Shown here one piece after another: positions 1 to 9,819 of a stretch of 64,000 nt of DNA. Positions within the stretch are counted from its first letter, which is position 1, and each line of letters begins with the position of its first letter. Source of the DNA: an uncultured Lutibacter sp. Its GTDB lineage: Bacteria > Bacteroidota > Bacteroidia > Flavobacteriales > Flavobacteriaceae. The stretch covers positions 1,347 through 65,346 of the forward strand of contig CAWVTS010000001.1 in NCBI GenBank assembly GCA_963933045.1, read 5' to 3'. The position numbers were made by a program, and so were the translations under genes. Under the pieces are notes generated by a model, which was given only the letters and a program-made list of their open reading frames with translations, was not told the origin of the DNA and searched no databases.

Positions 1-169
1 TCTTATTGAATTTACAAAAAAGATAAATTAAAATCACTGCCAAGAAACAGCGCCACCAAATAGTTACAGGAGGAGGCATTGCAATAAACTTCCCTAATGC
101 ACCTGAAGTGCTTATAAAAAAGGTAGCGAGTGTAAGTTCGAAAAGTTGTTTAGAATGTTGAGATTTCAT
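1..169 (-). CDS. EamA/DMT family transporter, N-terminal part (runs off window edge)
   Basis: Not in ORF track. Manual translation from ATG at 169: MKSQHSKQLFELTLATFFISTSGALGKFIAMPPPVTIWWRCFLAVILIYLFCKFNK, an EamA-type hydrophobic start; the ATG overlaps the mfd stop (TAATG). Confidence 0.75.
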   Translation of the reverse strand, partial: MKSQHSKQLFELTLATFFISTSGALGKFIAMPPPVTIWWRCFLAVILIYLFCKFNK

Positions 170-3100
170 TATATTTTGTTTAACACACTTAAGGCTTTTT
201 CAACAGAGTTAATATGAATAAAGGTAATTAAAAGACGTAAACCGTTTTTGGTTTGCTTCTCTTTCATTACACAAGTTTTAGAATTTTGTTTTAAAGAAGT
301 CAAGACTTTTGTGAAATTTGAAGTTTGATAAAACCCACTTTGTTGATCGGCAATAAAATAACCAATCAATCTATTTTGTTTTAAAATGATGCGCTCTAGT
401 CCTAATTCTTTAGCAACCCATTTAATACGAACACTGTTTAATAAGTCTACAACTTGTGTTGGCATTTCTCCAAATCTATCAATCAATTCGTTTTCAAAAA
501 CATGTAATTCATCTTCAGTTTTCAGTTCACCTAACTTGTTGTATAAACTTAATCGTTCTGAAATAACACTTACATAATCATCAGGAATTAAAATTTCAAA
601 ATCACTATCAATTGCTACTTCTTTGACATACTCTTTTTTCGTTTCGGTGTTGTCATACAACTCTTTAAACTCATTTTCTTTTAACTCCTCAATGGCTTCG
701 TTTAATATTTTTTGATAGGTGTCAAAACCAATGTCGCTAATAAATCCGCTTTGTTCTCCTCCCAGTAAATCTCCTGCACCACGAATCTCTAAATCTTTCA
801 TAGCAATGTTAATTCCGCTTCCTAAATCAGAAAATAATTCAAGGGCTTCAATACGTTTTCTCGCATCAGTTGTCATCATATGGTCTGGAGGTGTAATGAA
901 ATAACAAAATGCTTTTTTGTTAGATCGCCCAACACGTCCACGCATCTGATGCAAATCTGAAAGTCCAAAGTTATTGGCATTATTGATAAAAATTGTATTG
1001 GCATTTGGCACATCTAAACCACTTTCAACAATAGTAGTAGAAACTAAAATATCAAATTCATTATTCATAAATGACAACATCAATCCTTCTAACTTTTTAC
1101 CTTCCATTTGACCGTGACCAATACCAATTTTTGCGTCTGGAATTAATCGCTGTAACATTCCAGCGACTTCTTTAATGTTTTCAATTCTATTATGGATAAA
1201 AAATATTTGACCGCCACGAGATATTTCATATTGAATAGCATCTCGCATTATTTCTTCATTAAATCTGATTACTTGGGTGTCTATTGGATGCCTGTTTGGC
1301 GGAGCGGTATTTATTACTGATAAATCTCTTGCAGCCATTAAACTAAACTGTAAGGTTCTAGGAATAGGAGTAGCAGTTAAAGTTAGTGTATCAACATTAG
1401 CTTTGATAGTTTTCAATTTATCTTTTACCGAAACTCCAAATTTTTGCTCTTCATCTACTATTAAGAGTCCTAAATCTTTAAATTTTATTTTATTACTCAC
1501 AAGTTGATGCGTACCAATAACGATATCTACAGCACCACTTTCTAAACCTTTTAAAACTTCATTTCGTTGTTTAGTAGTTCTAAATCGATTTAGATAATCA
1601 ACAGTTACAGGAAAATCTTTTAATCGCTCAGTAAATGTTTTGAAATGTTGAAATGCTAAAATTGTAGTAGGAACTAAAATTGCTACTTGTTTGCCATTAT
1701 CTACCGCTTTAAAAGCGGCGCGAATCGCAATTTCTGTTTTTCCAAAACCAACATCTCCACAAACCAATCTATCCATTGGTTGTTCATTTTCCATATCCGT
1801 TTTTACATCTTTGGTCGCTGTAAATTGATCTGGAGTATCTTCATACATAAAACTTGCTTCCAATTCATGTTGCATAGAAGTATCAGGACCATATTTGATT
1901 CCTTTTTCCATTTTCCGTTTAGCATACAATTGTATTAAATCATAAGCAATCTTTTTTACTCTAGTTTTGGTTTTTTGTTTTAGTTTTTTCCAAGCACCAG
2001 AACCCAATTTGTACATTTTTGGCGCTTTTCCATCTTTACCATTGTATTTGGATATTTTATGTAACGAGTGAATGCTAATATAAAGCACATCTCTATCTCC
2101 ATACATTAATTTGATGGCTTCTTGCTGATTTCCTTCAACATCTATTTTTTGTAACCCTCCAAATTTTCCAATACCATGATCAATATGAGTCACAAAATCA
2201 CCAATTTCAAGATTATTTAATTCTTTGAGTGAAATCGCTTGCTTTTTTGCATAGCCATTTTTTAGTCTAAACTTGTGGAAGCGCTCAAAAATCTGGTGAT
2301 CTGTATAACAAGCAATATTCGCGTTAATATCTATAAAGCCTTGATATAAAGGAAATACAATAGTTGTATATGTTACTTCTTGATCTACACCTTCAAAAAT
2401 ATCATCAAAACGTTTTGCTTGTTTTTCATTGTCACACAATAAATAATTTTCAATACCATTTTCGGTATTTTCTTGAAGGTTTTCAATCAGTAAATCAAAT
2501 TGTTTATTGAATGAAGGTTGAGGTTTTGTTTTGAATTCTAAACTGTGTTTCTCAACGTTAGAATTATTTATTTCTACTAATGAAAAATCTTCTAATTGAG
2601 ATTGAATTAACACTCCATTACAAAATAATTCATCAGGTTTTCCGTGCTTTATTTCAGCTGAAAGGATTTTAAAAGCACTTTCAGCTTTTTCGAATAACGT
2701 ATCTAATCTGTTCGAAATCAGATTAGTGTTTTTTGCAAATACGACTGTTTTTGAATGAATATATTTTAAAAAACTTTCACGATTTTCATCTAATAACTTA
2801 TTTTCAACATTAGGCATAATGTTGATTTTAGTTAATTTTTCAGAAGACAGTTGAGTTTCAATATCAAAAGTTCTAATGCTATCAACTTCATTTCCAAAAA
2901 ACTCTATTCTGTAAGGTTCATCATTGGAAAAAGAAAAGACATCTATAATTCCACCACGAACAGAGAATTCTCCAGGTTCGGTCACAAAATCTGAACGTTT
3001 AAAATTATATTCAAACAACATTTCGTTTACAAAATCCAGAGAAACTTCTTCGCCTACAGAAAGTTTTAAGGTGTTTTTTTCAAGTTCGCGTTTTGTGATA

Positions 3101-3495
3101 ACCTGTTCAAATAATGCATCAGGATATGTAACAATAATTGCTGGTTTTTTACGCGAATTGATTCTGTTAAGCACTTCTGCACGCAAAAGAATATTAGCGT
3201 TGTCAGTTTGTTCTATTTGATAGGGTCTTCTGTAAGATCCTGGATAAAAAAGCACATTTTTTTCTCCTACAAGTTGCTCTAAATCATTTAGATAATAAGC
3301 AGCCTCTTCTTTATCATTAAATATTAATAAGAAAGGTTTTTCAGCCTTTTTAAAAGTTGTAGAAATAACAAAAGACAACGATGAGCCGACCAAATTCGAT
3401 ATTTGAAAATGGTTTTTGTCCTGTTGCAATTGTTGAACAAGTTCTTTTATTTTAGTTGATTGTTCGTAAGCGGAAACGATGTTTTGTTTACTCAA
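169..3495 (-). CDS. mfd: Transcription-repair coupling factor
   Basis: 1108 aa; UvrB-homology N-terminus, CarD/RID (HIDHGIGKF), SF2 helicase motifs GDVGFGKT, DEEQKFG, TATPIPRT, QMRGRVGR, C-terminal TRCF domain. Confidence 0.98.
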   Translation of the reverse strand: MSKQNIVSAYEQSTKIKELVQQLQQDKNHFQISNLVGSSLSFVISTTFKKAEKPFLLIFNDKEEAAYYLNDLEQLVGEKNVLFYPGSYRRPYQIEQTDNANILLRAEVLNRINSRKKPAIIVTYPDALFEQVITKRELEKNTLKLSVGEEVSLDFVNEMLFEYNFKRSDFVTEPGEFSVRGGIIDVFSFSNDEPYRIEFFGNEVDSIRTFDIETQLSSEKLTKINIMPNVENKLLDENRESFLKYIHSKTVVFAKNTNLISNRLDTLFEKAESAFKILSAEIKHGKPDELFCNGVLIQSQLEDFSLVEINNSNVEKHSLEFKTKPQPSFNKQFDLLIENLQENTENGIENYLLCDNEKQAKRFDDIFEGVDQEVTYTTIVFPLYQGFIDINANIACYTDHQIFERFHKFRLKNGYAKKQAISLKELNNLEIGDFVTHIDHGIGKFGGLQKIDVEGNQQEAIKLMYGDRDVLYISIHSLHKISKYNGKDGKAPKMYKLGSGAWKKLKQKTKTRVKKIAYDLIQLYAKRKMEKGIKYGPDTSMQHELEASFMYEDTPDQFTATKDVKTDMENEQPMDRLVCGDVGFGKTEIAIRAAFKAVDNGKQVAILVPTTILAFQHFKTFTERLKDFPVTVDYLNRFRTTKQRNEVLKGLESGAVDIVIGTHQLVSNKIKFKDLGLLIVDEEQKFGVSVKDKLKTIKANVDTLTLTATPIPRTLQFSLMAARDLSVINTAPPNRHPIDTQVIRFNEEIMRDAIQYEISRGGQIFFIHNRIENIKEVAGMLQRLIPDAKIGIGHGQMEGKKLEGLMLSFMNNEFDILVSTTIVESGLDVPNANTIFINNANNFGLSDLHQMRGRVGRSNKKAFCYFITPPDHMMTTDARKRIEALELFSDLGSGINIAMKDLEIRGAGDLLGGEQSGFISDIGFDTYQKILNEAIEELKENEFKELYDNTETKKEYVKEVAIDSDFEILIPDDYVSVISERLSLYNKLGELKTEDELHVFENELIDRFGEMPTQVVDLLNSVRIKWVAKELGLERIILKQNRLIGYFIADQQSGFYQTSNFTKVLTSLKQNSKTCVMKEKQTKNGLRLLITFIHINSVEKALSVLNKI

Positions 3496-3511
3496 TTAAT
3501 CATATTTTTAG

Positions 3512-3519
3512 CAAAGATA
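3512..3519 (-). promoter_or_regulatory. Bacteroidota sigma70 -7 element (TATCTTTG) for mfd
   Basis: caaagata on + strand = TATCTTTG on - strand, 17 nt upstream of the mfd start; matches TAnnTTTG. Confidence 0.6.
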
Positions 3520-3572
3520 TACTTTCGATATAAAAAGGTGTATGAATAATTTAAAAATTTAGTTCGTTTAAG

Positions 3573-3580
3573 TATCTTTG
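3573..3580 (+). promoter_or_regulatory. Bacteroidota -7 element (TATCTTTG) for the TerB-like gene
   Basis: Exact TAnnTTTG match 21 nt upstream of ATG 3602; divergent from the mfd promoter. Confidence 0.6.
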
Positions 3581-3601
3581 CAATTCAAAAACAAAAAAAA
3601 C

Positions 3602-4036
3602 ATGTCATTTTCAGATTTATATTCTACAGGAGCACACAAAAGAAACATTGGCCATTTTGCTGACATCGTTAAGTTGGCTTTATTTGATGGGAAAATAGAA
3701 AAAGCAGAAGAAAATTTATTAGAAAGGTTAGCCAATATTTTAGGAATTACTGATGATGAATACAAAAGTATTTTAAAAACCCCAAATGATTACCCAACAA
3801 GTTCGGCATCAAATTATGAGGAACGCTTGGAGAGTTTATATTACTCAACAAGAATGTTGTTAATTGACGGTAGAGTTTCTGAACAGGGAGTTAGCGTATT
3901 AACTAAAATTGCAATTGGTTTAGGTTTTGATGATAAAAGAGCAGATGTTATTGTTGAAAATGCAATCAAAATGTTTTTGCGAATTCCAGACTTGGAAGAT
4001 TTCACTAAAGAAATTAAAAGAGTAAACAAAGACTAA
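3602..4036 (+). CDS. TerB family (tellurite resistance/DjlA-N-like) protein
   Basis: MSFSDLYSTGAHKRNIGHFADIVKLALFDGKIEKAEENLLERLA: TerB-like A..DG.I...E motif. Start moved to ATG 3602 because the track start lies at the promoter. Confidence 0.7.
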   Translation: MSFSDLYSTGAHKRNIGHFADIVKLALFDGKIEKAEENLLERLANILGITDDEYKSILKTPNDYPTSSASNYEERLESLYYSTRMLLIDGRVSEQGVSVLTKIAIGLGFDDKRADVIVENAIKMFLRIPDLEDFTKEIKRVNKD

Positions 4037-4060
4037 AGAAGTTAATTAAAACAGTATTAT

Positions 4061-4092
4061 AAAGCCGTTCATAAAGATGAATGGCTTTTTTA
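4061..4092 (+). terminator. Rho-independent terminator
   Basis: aaagccgttcat-aaag-atgaatggcttt hairpin followed by a T run, just after the TerB-like gene. Confidence 0.75.
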
Positions 4093-4332
4093 TTTTTATC
4101 CAAAAATCAGAATCTCCATTTAACAATTATAGTTTGAGCGGCTATTTAATCACCAAAAAAAGGAAAACTTTAATTTTCAGTTATATGCACAATCATTTTA
4201 AAGACTCGGGTTCGAAAATGAAAGAACAATTACATCAGAAACTAAAAATGATTCACGATAATTATTAATTAGATTCGTTTTGAATATTTTTTTCGTTAAT
4301 TAGCAGAACTATTTAACCCTAAAAGTATTGTT

Positions 4333-4953
4333 ATGAACTTCTTACCCCAAAAAAAAGCAGTGGTCTTTGCTTTTTTAATTTTATTTTTTTTTCAAACTTC
4401 ATTTTCACAAGACGAGCAAAATAAATGGATTGTTGGTATTGGTGTCAATGCTGTTGATTTCTTTCCTACTGGCGAACCATCTGAGTTTACTGGCAATAAT
4501 GGAGTTTTTTTTAGTGGAATATCCAACGCCAAAGAGCATTGGAATGTATCTGCTCCATCAATTAATATTACACGTCACTTAAAAAATCATTTTTCTGCAG
4601 ATGTATCAATCTCTATAAATAACATAACAAAAGTTGGCGCTTTTGAAACCAAAAGCCTTTCTTATTTTAGTGTAGACACTTCATTACAATACAGTATTTT
4701 AGAGAATTCAAGCAAGTTTGCACCTTATGTATTTGTAGGGGGAGGTTATACATGGATTAATTCTAAAGGTTGGGGAACATTCAATGCTGGACTCGGAACT
4801 AATTACTGGTTTAGTGATAAATTTGGCGCCAAAATTCAAGGCGCATATAAACATTCTGGAGATAAAGATTTCAATGTACTTTCACATTTTCAATATTCTC
4901 TAAGTGCAATTTTAAAATTGAATTCTAAAAGGGGAAAGTTTCTCTGTAATTAA
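4333..4953 (+). CDS. Outer-membrane beta-barrel protein, barrel-only paralogue of the OmpA at 8345
   Basis: Signal peptide; shares GIGVNAVDFFPT / GLGINAVDFYPT and VGGGYTWINSKG.GT.N.GLGTN.W with the downstream OmpA; lacks the TSP3 and OmpA_C domains. Confidence 0.75.
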   Translation: MNFLPQKKAVVFAFLILFFFQTSFSQDEQNKWIVGIGVNAVDFFPTGEPSEFTGNNGVFFSGISNAKEHWNVSAPSINITRHLKNHFSADVSISINNITKVGAFETKSLSYFSVDTSLQYSILENSSKFAPYVFVGGGYTWINSKGWGTFNAGLGTNYWFSDKFGAKIQGAYKHSGDKDFNVLSHFQYSLSAILKLNSKRGKFLCN

Positions 4954-4991
4954 CTCTAAGGTTTGAGAACTTGCATTATATTTGATTGCCA

Positions 4992-7900
4992 ATGCAAGAA
5001 TCTACATCATTTCAAGTTTATAACGCTTCAGCTGGAAGCGGTAAGACATTTACACTCGTAAAAGAATACTTAAAAATCTTACTTTTTACAGGTAATAATT
5101 TCAGTCCCTATCGCTTTCAAAACATTTTAGCGATTACATTTACCAATAAAGCTGCTGCTGAAATGAAAGAACGAGTTCTGAAAAATTTAAAAGATTTTTC
5201 AGAAGGTAAGCAAGTAGATATGTTTCTTATAATCAAAGAAGAAACAGCCCTTTCATCAGAAGATATTCAACAACGATCAAAACAAGTTTTGAATAACATT
5301 TTACAGAATTATTCAGCATTTAATATTACTACTATTGACGCTTTTACACATAGAATTATTAGAAATTTTTCTTTTGATTTAGGGCTTTCCTTAAATTTTG
5401 AAGTAGAAATGGACTCTAATCAATTATTAGCTGAAGCTGTTGATTTATTGATTTCAAAAATCGGGTTAGATAAGGAACTAACACAAGTTTTAATAGATTA
5501 TTCTTTAGAAAAAACAGATGATGATAAGTCTTGGGATATTTCAAACGACTTAAGAGATTTTGCGAAAGTTTTATTAAATGAAAATGACGTAAATCAATTA
5601 AAAAAATTAGATAAAAACTCTATTCAAGATTTCATTGATTTAAAGAAGCGCTTAAAAAGGAAAAATATAGATATTGAAAGTCAATTTAAGAGTGTAGGTG
5701 AAAAAGCATTGAATATTTTAGAAGAAAACAATCTAAATGATGGTGTGTATCGAGGTTCTTATTTTCCAAATCACTTTATGAATTTGCATATTGATTTTTC
5801 TAAAGCAAAATTCTTTGATCAAAGTAAGTTGAAATTTAATATTGAAAACGGAAAAATATATAATAAGAGTGCTGACAGCATAAAAGGCTTATTGAGTAGT
5901 ATTGAACCTTTTTTAGAAGACTTATATCGTAAATCTGAAAGATTATATGAAGAATATACTCGAAATAATTTAGTCTTAAAAAGTTTAATTCCTTTAGCGG
6001 TTTTAAAACACATTAATGTGTCCCTAAATGAAATAAAAGAGCAAAACAACATACGTTTAAATGCTGAATTTAATCAAATAATTTCTGATCAAATTAAAGG
6101 GGAGCCTGCACCTTTTATCTATGAACGTATAGGGGAGAAATTTCAATATTATTTCATTGATGAAATGCAAGACACTTCTGAATTGCAGTGGAAAAATTTG
6201 ATTCCATTGATAGAAAATGCCTTAGTTTCAGAAACGACAGATGGTGATAAGGGAAGTTTAATGCTAGTTGGAGATGCAAAACAAGCGATTTATCGCTGGC
6301 GAGGTGGAAAAGCAGAGCAATTTATAGAGTTAACAGCAGAGAACAATCCGTTTACAGTTTCTAAAAAGAGTAAGAACTTAGATACTAATTATAGAAGTTA
6401 CTCTCAAGTAATTGATTTCAACAATCAATTTTTTACCCACGTTTCTGATTTTTTTGACAATGAGAAGTATAAAGAATTGTATGCGATTGGAAATCATCAA
6501 AAAAAGACAAATAAAGAGGGTGGTTTTGTGCAAATCTCATTTGTAAAAAAAGAGAAAGAAGATGAAGAAAAAGAATTGGTATTTGCTAAAAAAACACTAG
6601 AAATAATTCAAAAATTAGATTCAAACTTTGAATTAGGAGAGATCTGTATATTGGTTCGGAAAAAAAAGGAAGGAATAGCGGTTGCGAATTATTTAAGCGA
6701 ACAAAAAATCGACATTATTTCTTCTGAAACACTATTGCTAAAAAACAATGAAACTGTTGATTTTATTATCAATTTAATCTCTTTTTTAAATATAAATGAA
6801 GACAAAGAAGCGCTTTCAAATGCATTGTATTTTTTAAGTAATAAAATTGATAATCAGAAGGATAAACACGGTTTTATTCATGAATTGATTCATAAAACAA
6901 ATGGTGAAATATTTGAAACATTAAATAGGTATAATTTTGACTTTAATGAAAATGAATTCTCAAGTCTACCTTTTTATGACTCAATAGAGTATGTACTCAG
7001 AAGCTTTAATTTGGTTGATGATTCAAGTGCATATATATTTTCTTTTTTAGACACAGTTTTTGAATATCAACAAAGAAGAGGTTCAGGGTTAAATGATTTT
7101 TTAGAGTATTGGGAGCAGAAGAAGGAAGGGTTATGTATTTCAATTCCTGAAGGTAAGAATGCGGTTAGAATTATGACGATTCATAAATCAAAAGGATTAG
7201 AGTTTCCAGTTGTTATTTACCCCTATGATTTAGATATTTACAGAGAGATAAAGCCAAAAGTTTGGTATGAAAATTTAAAAGAATACGCGTTTTTAAACAT
7301 TGAAACTTCACTAATTGAGTATTCAAAAAAGCTATCTTATACAGGGGTTTTTGGACAAAATTTATATAGTTCTAGAAGGGAAGAAATACAGTTAGATAGT
7401 ATGAATTTATTGTATGTTGCTTTGACAAGATCGGCGGAACAATTATATATTATAACCGAAAAGAAAAGTAAAGACAGCACCCTTGATGAAGCGAAATATT
7501 TTTCAGATTTCTTTATTAGTTTTTTGAAAAACAGGTCAGATGAAAATAGCTGGGCTGATACTAAAATGACGTATGACTTTGGAGGTTCAAAAAGAGTTCA
7601 GTCTAGCAAAGAAATTGTTTCAGATAAAAACACTCTTGAGTTGCAAAATTTCATTTCATCTCACTGGAAAAATCATAATATTTCTATTGTAGCCAATTCT
7701 TCAAAGCTTTGGGATACTGATCAAGAACGTTCAATTATTTATGGTAATTTAATTCATGAAATTCTTTCAAAAATAGTTTCTAAAGACGATGTTGAAAGTG
7801 TTCTACAACAATATGTGTTTGAAGGAATTTTAAGTAATAAGGAATCGAAAGAAATACTTAAGAAGATAAACGCAGTAGTCTATCATGCAAGATTAGAAAA

Positions 7901-8156
7901 GTATTTTGACAAAAACTTAAGAATTTTAAACGAGCAAGCACTTATATCCAACGAAAAAGAAATTCAGATTCCAGATAGGATTGTTTTTTATAAAGATAGA
8001 GTGGTAATAATAGATTTTAAGACAGGGGCTCCTATGAAAAAACATCACCATCAACTCAATAAATATGAAAGAGTTATGAAAGAATTAGGCTATAGCGCTA
8101 AAGAGAAGTTATTAGTCTACATTGACTCTAAAGTATTGGTTGATGAGGTGAGCTAA
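4992..8156 (+). CDS. addA: AddA-like UvrD helicase/nuclease
   Basis: ASAGSGKT Walker A, AITFTNKAAAEMKER, IDEMQDT, VGDAKQAIYRWRG, TIHKSKGLEF, LYVALTRS, C-terminal PDR..IIDFKTG nuclease motif. Confidence 0.88.
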   Translation: MQESTSFQVYNASAGSGKTFTLVKEYLKILLFTGNNFSPYRFQNILAITFTNKAAAEMKERVLKNLKDFSEGKQVDMFLIIKEETALSSEDIQQRSKQVLNNILQNYSAFNITTIDAFTHRIIRNFSFDLGLSLNFEVEMDSNQLLAEAVDLLISKIGLDKELTQVLIDYSLEKTDDDKSWDISNDLRDFAKVLLNENDVNQLKKLDKNSIQDFIDLKKRLKRKNIDIESQFKSVGEKALNILEENNLNDGVYRGSYFPNHFMNLHIDFSKAKFFDQSKLKFNIENGKIYNKSADSIKGLLSSIEPFLEDLYRKSERLYEEYTRNNLVLKSLIPLAVLKHINVSLNEIKEQNNIRLNAEFNQIISDQIKGEPAPFIYERIGEKFQYYFIDEMQDTSELQWKNLIPLIENALVSETTDGDKGSLMLVGDAKQAIYRWRGGKAEQFIELTAENNPFTVSKKSKNLDTNYRSYSQVIDFNNQFFTHVSDFFDNEKYKELYAIGNHQKKTNKEGGFVQISFVKKEKEDEEKELVFAKKTLEIIQKLDSNFELGEICILVRKKKEGIAVANYLSEQKIDIISSETLLLKNNETVDFIINLISFLNINEDKEALSNALYFLSNKIDNQKDKHGFIHELIHKTNGEIFETLNRYNFDFNENEFSSLPFYDSIEYVLRSFNLVDDSSAYIFSFLDTVFEYQQRRGSGLNDFLEYWEQKKEGLCISIPEGKNAVRIMTIHKSKGLEFPVVIYPYDLDIYREIKPKVWYENLKEYAFLNIETSLIEYSKKLSYTGVFGQNLYSSRREEIQLDSMNLLYVALTRSAEQLYIITEKKSKDSTLDEAKYFSDFFISFLKNRSDENSWADTKMTYDFGGSKRVQSSKEIVSDKNTLELQNFISSHWKNHNISIVANSSKLWDTDQERSIIYGNLIHEILSKIVSKDDVESVLQQYVFEGILSNKESKEILKKINAVVYHARLEKYFDKNLRILNEQALISNEKEIQIPDRIVFYKDRVVIIDFKTGAPMKKHHHQLNKYERVMKELGYSAKEKLLVYIDSKVLVDEVS

Positions 8157-8300
8157 CTCTTTGATTTTTTGATAAAAGGCGCTAATTATTGAGTGTTTAG
8201 ACAAGTTCATTTTAAATTAATGTTTTACAAAATATTTTAAATTTTTAGGTTTTTTGATAATATTTTGTAGATTTGTTCTTGGATTTAAGCATTTACAGCT

Positions 8301-8308
8301 TATCTTTG
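8301..8308 (+). promoter_or_regulatory. Bacteroidota -7 element (TATCTTTG) for ompA
   Basis: Exact TAnnTTTG upstream of ATG 8345; lies inside the track's extended ORF start, so the TTG start at 8273 is unlikely. Confidence 0.6.
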
Positions 8309-8344
8309 TATAAAAAAAATAGGAAACAATTTAAATTAAAAAAA

Positions 8345-9733
8345 ATGAAAAATTTAAGAATAGCTTTAGTGGCTTTACTTTTAGTTGCTGGATTTGGCAA
8401 CGCTAATGCTCAGGATGATAACAATCCATGGGCGCTAGGTCTAGGTATCAATGCCGTAGATTTTTACCCAACAAATGATGCGTCGATTGTAGACGAAACA
8501 GGAAACCGTACTGGATGGTTTGATGAATTTGCAAATGGATCAGATCATTACAACATTATCCCTGCATTATCAAGAATCTATGTTGGAAGATATTTAGATG
8601 ATGGTTTTTCTTTTGAATTAGGAGGGTCTATAAACAGAATTTCTAAAGTAGGAGAAATGTCTGCTTCAGAATTAACTTATTATGGAGTTGATGGAGCAAT
8701 TAAGTATGACTTAAATTCTCTTATCAAATCTGATTGGTTTGATCCTTATGCATCTGTAGGAGGTGGATATACTTGGATTAACTCTAAAGGGGCTGGAACA
8801 GTTAATGGAGGCTTAGGTACTAATTTTTGGGTTAGTGAGAGTTTTGGATTCCATATTCAAACGACATACAAACATGCTTTTGAAGATGGTAATGTTTTAC
8901 CTCATTTTCAACATGCTGCAGGATTACAAATTAGATTTGGTGGAACAGATACTGACGGAGATGGTATCTACGATAAAGATGACGCTTGCCCAGAAGTATT
9001 TGGATTAGAAGAGTACAACGGTTGTCCTGACACAGATGGTGATGGAGTAATTGACTCTGAAGATTCTTGTCCTGATGTTGCTGGTTTAGCTGAATTAAAC
9101 GGTTGTCCAGATGCAGATAGCGATGGAATTACTGATGGAGATGATTCTTGTCCAAATGAAAAAGGATCTAAAGCAAACAACGGATGTCCAGATTCTGATG
9201 GTGACGGAGTTGTTGATGGAAAAGATAAATGTCCAAATGTAGCAGGACCTGTTGCAAACAATGGATGTCCTTGGCCTGATACTGACGGTGACGGTGTCTT
9301 AGACAAAGATGATAACTGTGTTGAAGTTGTTGGAGTTGCCTCTAACAATGGATGTCCAGAAGTAATTGACCCTTCAGTAGAAGTTATGGCTACTTTAAAC
9401 AGTTATGCTAGAACTATTTTATTTAATAGTGGTAAATCTAGTTTCCAACAAGAAACATATTCAGTATTAACTACAATTGCTGCAATTTTAATAGAATATC
9501 CTAAAGCTGACTTCTCAATTGGAGGTCATACAGATAGTACAGGTAGCGCTTCTTCTAATCAATTATTATCTGAAAGAAGAGCAAACGCTGTTAGAGATTA
9601 CTTAATCTCTAATGGAATCTCTGCTGATAGATTATCTGCTAAAGGACATGGAGAAGATTCTCCAATTACTACCAACAAAACAAGGTCAGGTAGAAAAAAT
9701 AACAGACGTGTTGAAGTATCTTTAGTAAAATAA
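8345..9733 (+). CDS. ompA: OmpA family outer membrane protein with thrombospondin type-3 Ca-binding repeats
   Basis: Signal peptide MKNLRIALVALLLVAGFGNANA, beta-barrel, repeated CPDxDGDG(V/I)xDxxDxCP, C-terminal OmpA domain (GHTDSTG, NQLLSERRA, NRRVE). Confidence 0.92.
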   Translation: MKNLRIALVALLLVAGFGNANAQDDNNPWALGLGINAVDFYPTNDASIVDETGNRTGWFDEFANGSDHYNIIPALSRIYVGRYLDDGFSFELGGSINRISKVGEMSASELTYYGVDGAIKYDLNSLIKSDWFDPYASVGGGYTWINSKGAGTVNGGLGTNFWVSESFGFHIQTTYKHAFEDGNVLPHFQHAAGLQIRFGGTDTDGDGIYDKDDACPEVFGLEEYNGCPDTDGDGVIDSEDSCPDVAGLAELNGCPDADSDGITDGDDSCPNEKGSKANNGCPDSDGDGVVDGKDKCPNVAGPVANNGCPWPDTDGDGVLDKDDNCVEVVGVASNNGCPEVIDPSVEVMATLNSYARTILFNSGKSSFQQETYSVLTTIAAILIEYPKADFSIGGHTDSTGSASSNQLLSERRANAVRDYLISNGISADRLSAKGHGEDSPITTNKTRSGRKNNRRVEVSLVK

Positions 9734-9759
9734 GATTTTTAACACTTATCAAATAAGTT

Positions 9760-9792
9760 AAAAAACGCTTCGAATTTTCGAAGCGTTTTTTT
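9760..9792 (+). terminator. Rho-independent (bidirectional-type) terminator
   Basis: AAAAAACGCTTCGA-attt-TCGAAGCGTTTTTT perfect 14-bp stem after ompA. Confidence 0.85.
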
Positions 9793-9819
9793 ATTTTTAT
9801 ATAATTTAAAAATTGTTTT

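Noticed and set aside
4077-4268. 63-aa ORF in the TerB/barrel intergenic region
   Set aside because: Starts inside a terminator hairpin and has no coding signature; I also found no riboswitch or ncRNA fold here.
8968-9348. Ser/Pro-rich repetitive antisense ORF
   Set aside because: Reverse-frame shadow of the OmpA thrombospondin type-3 repeats.
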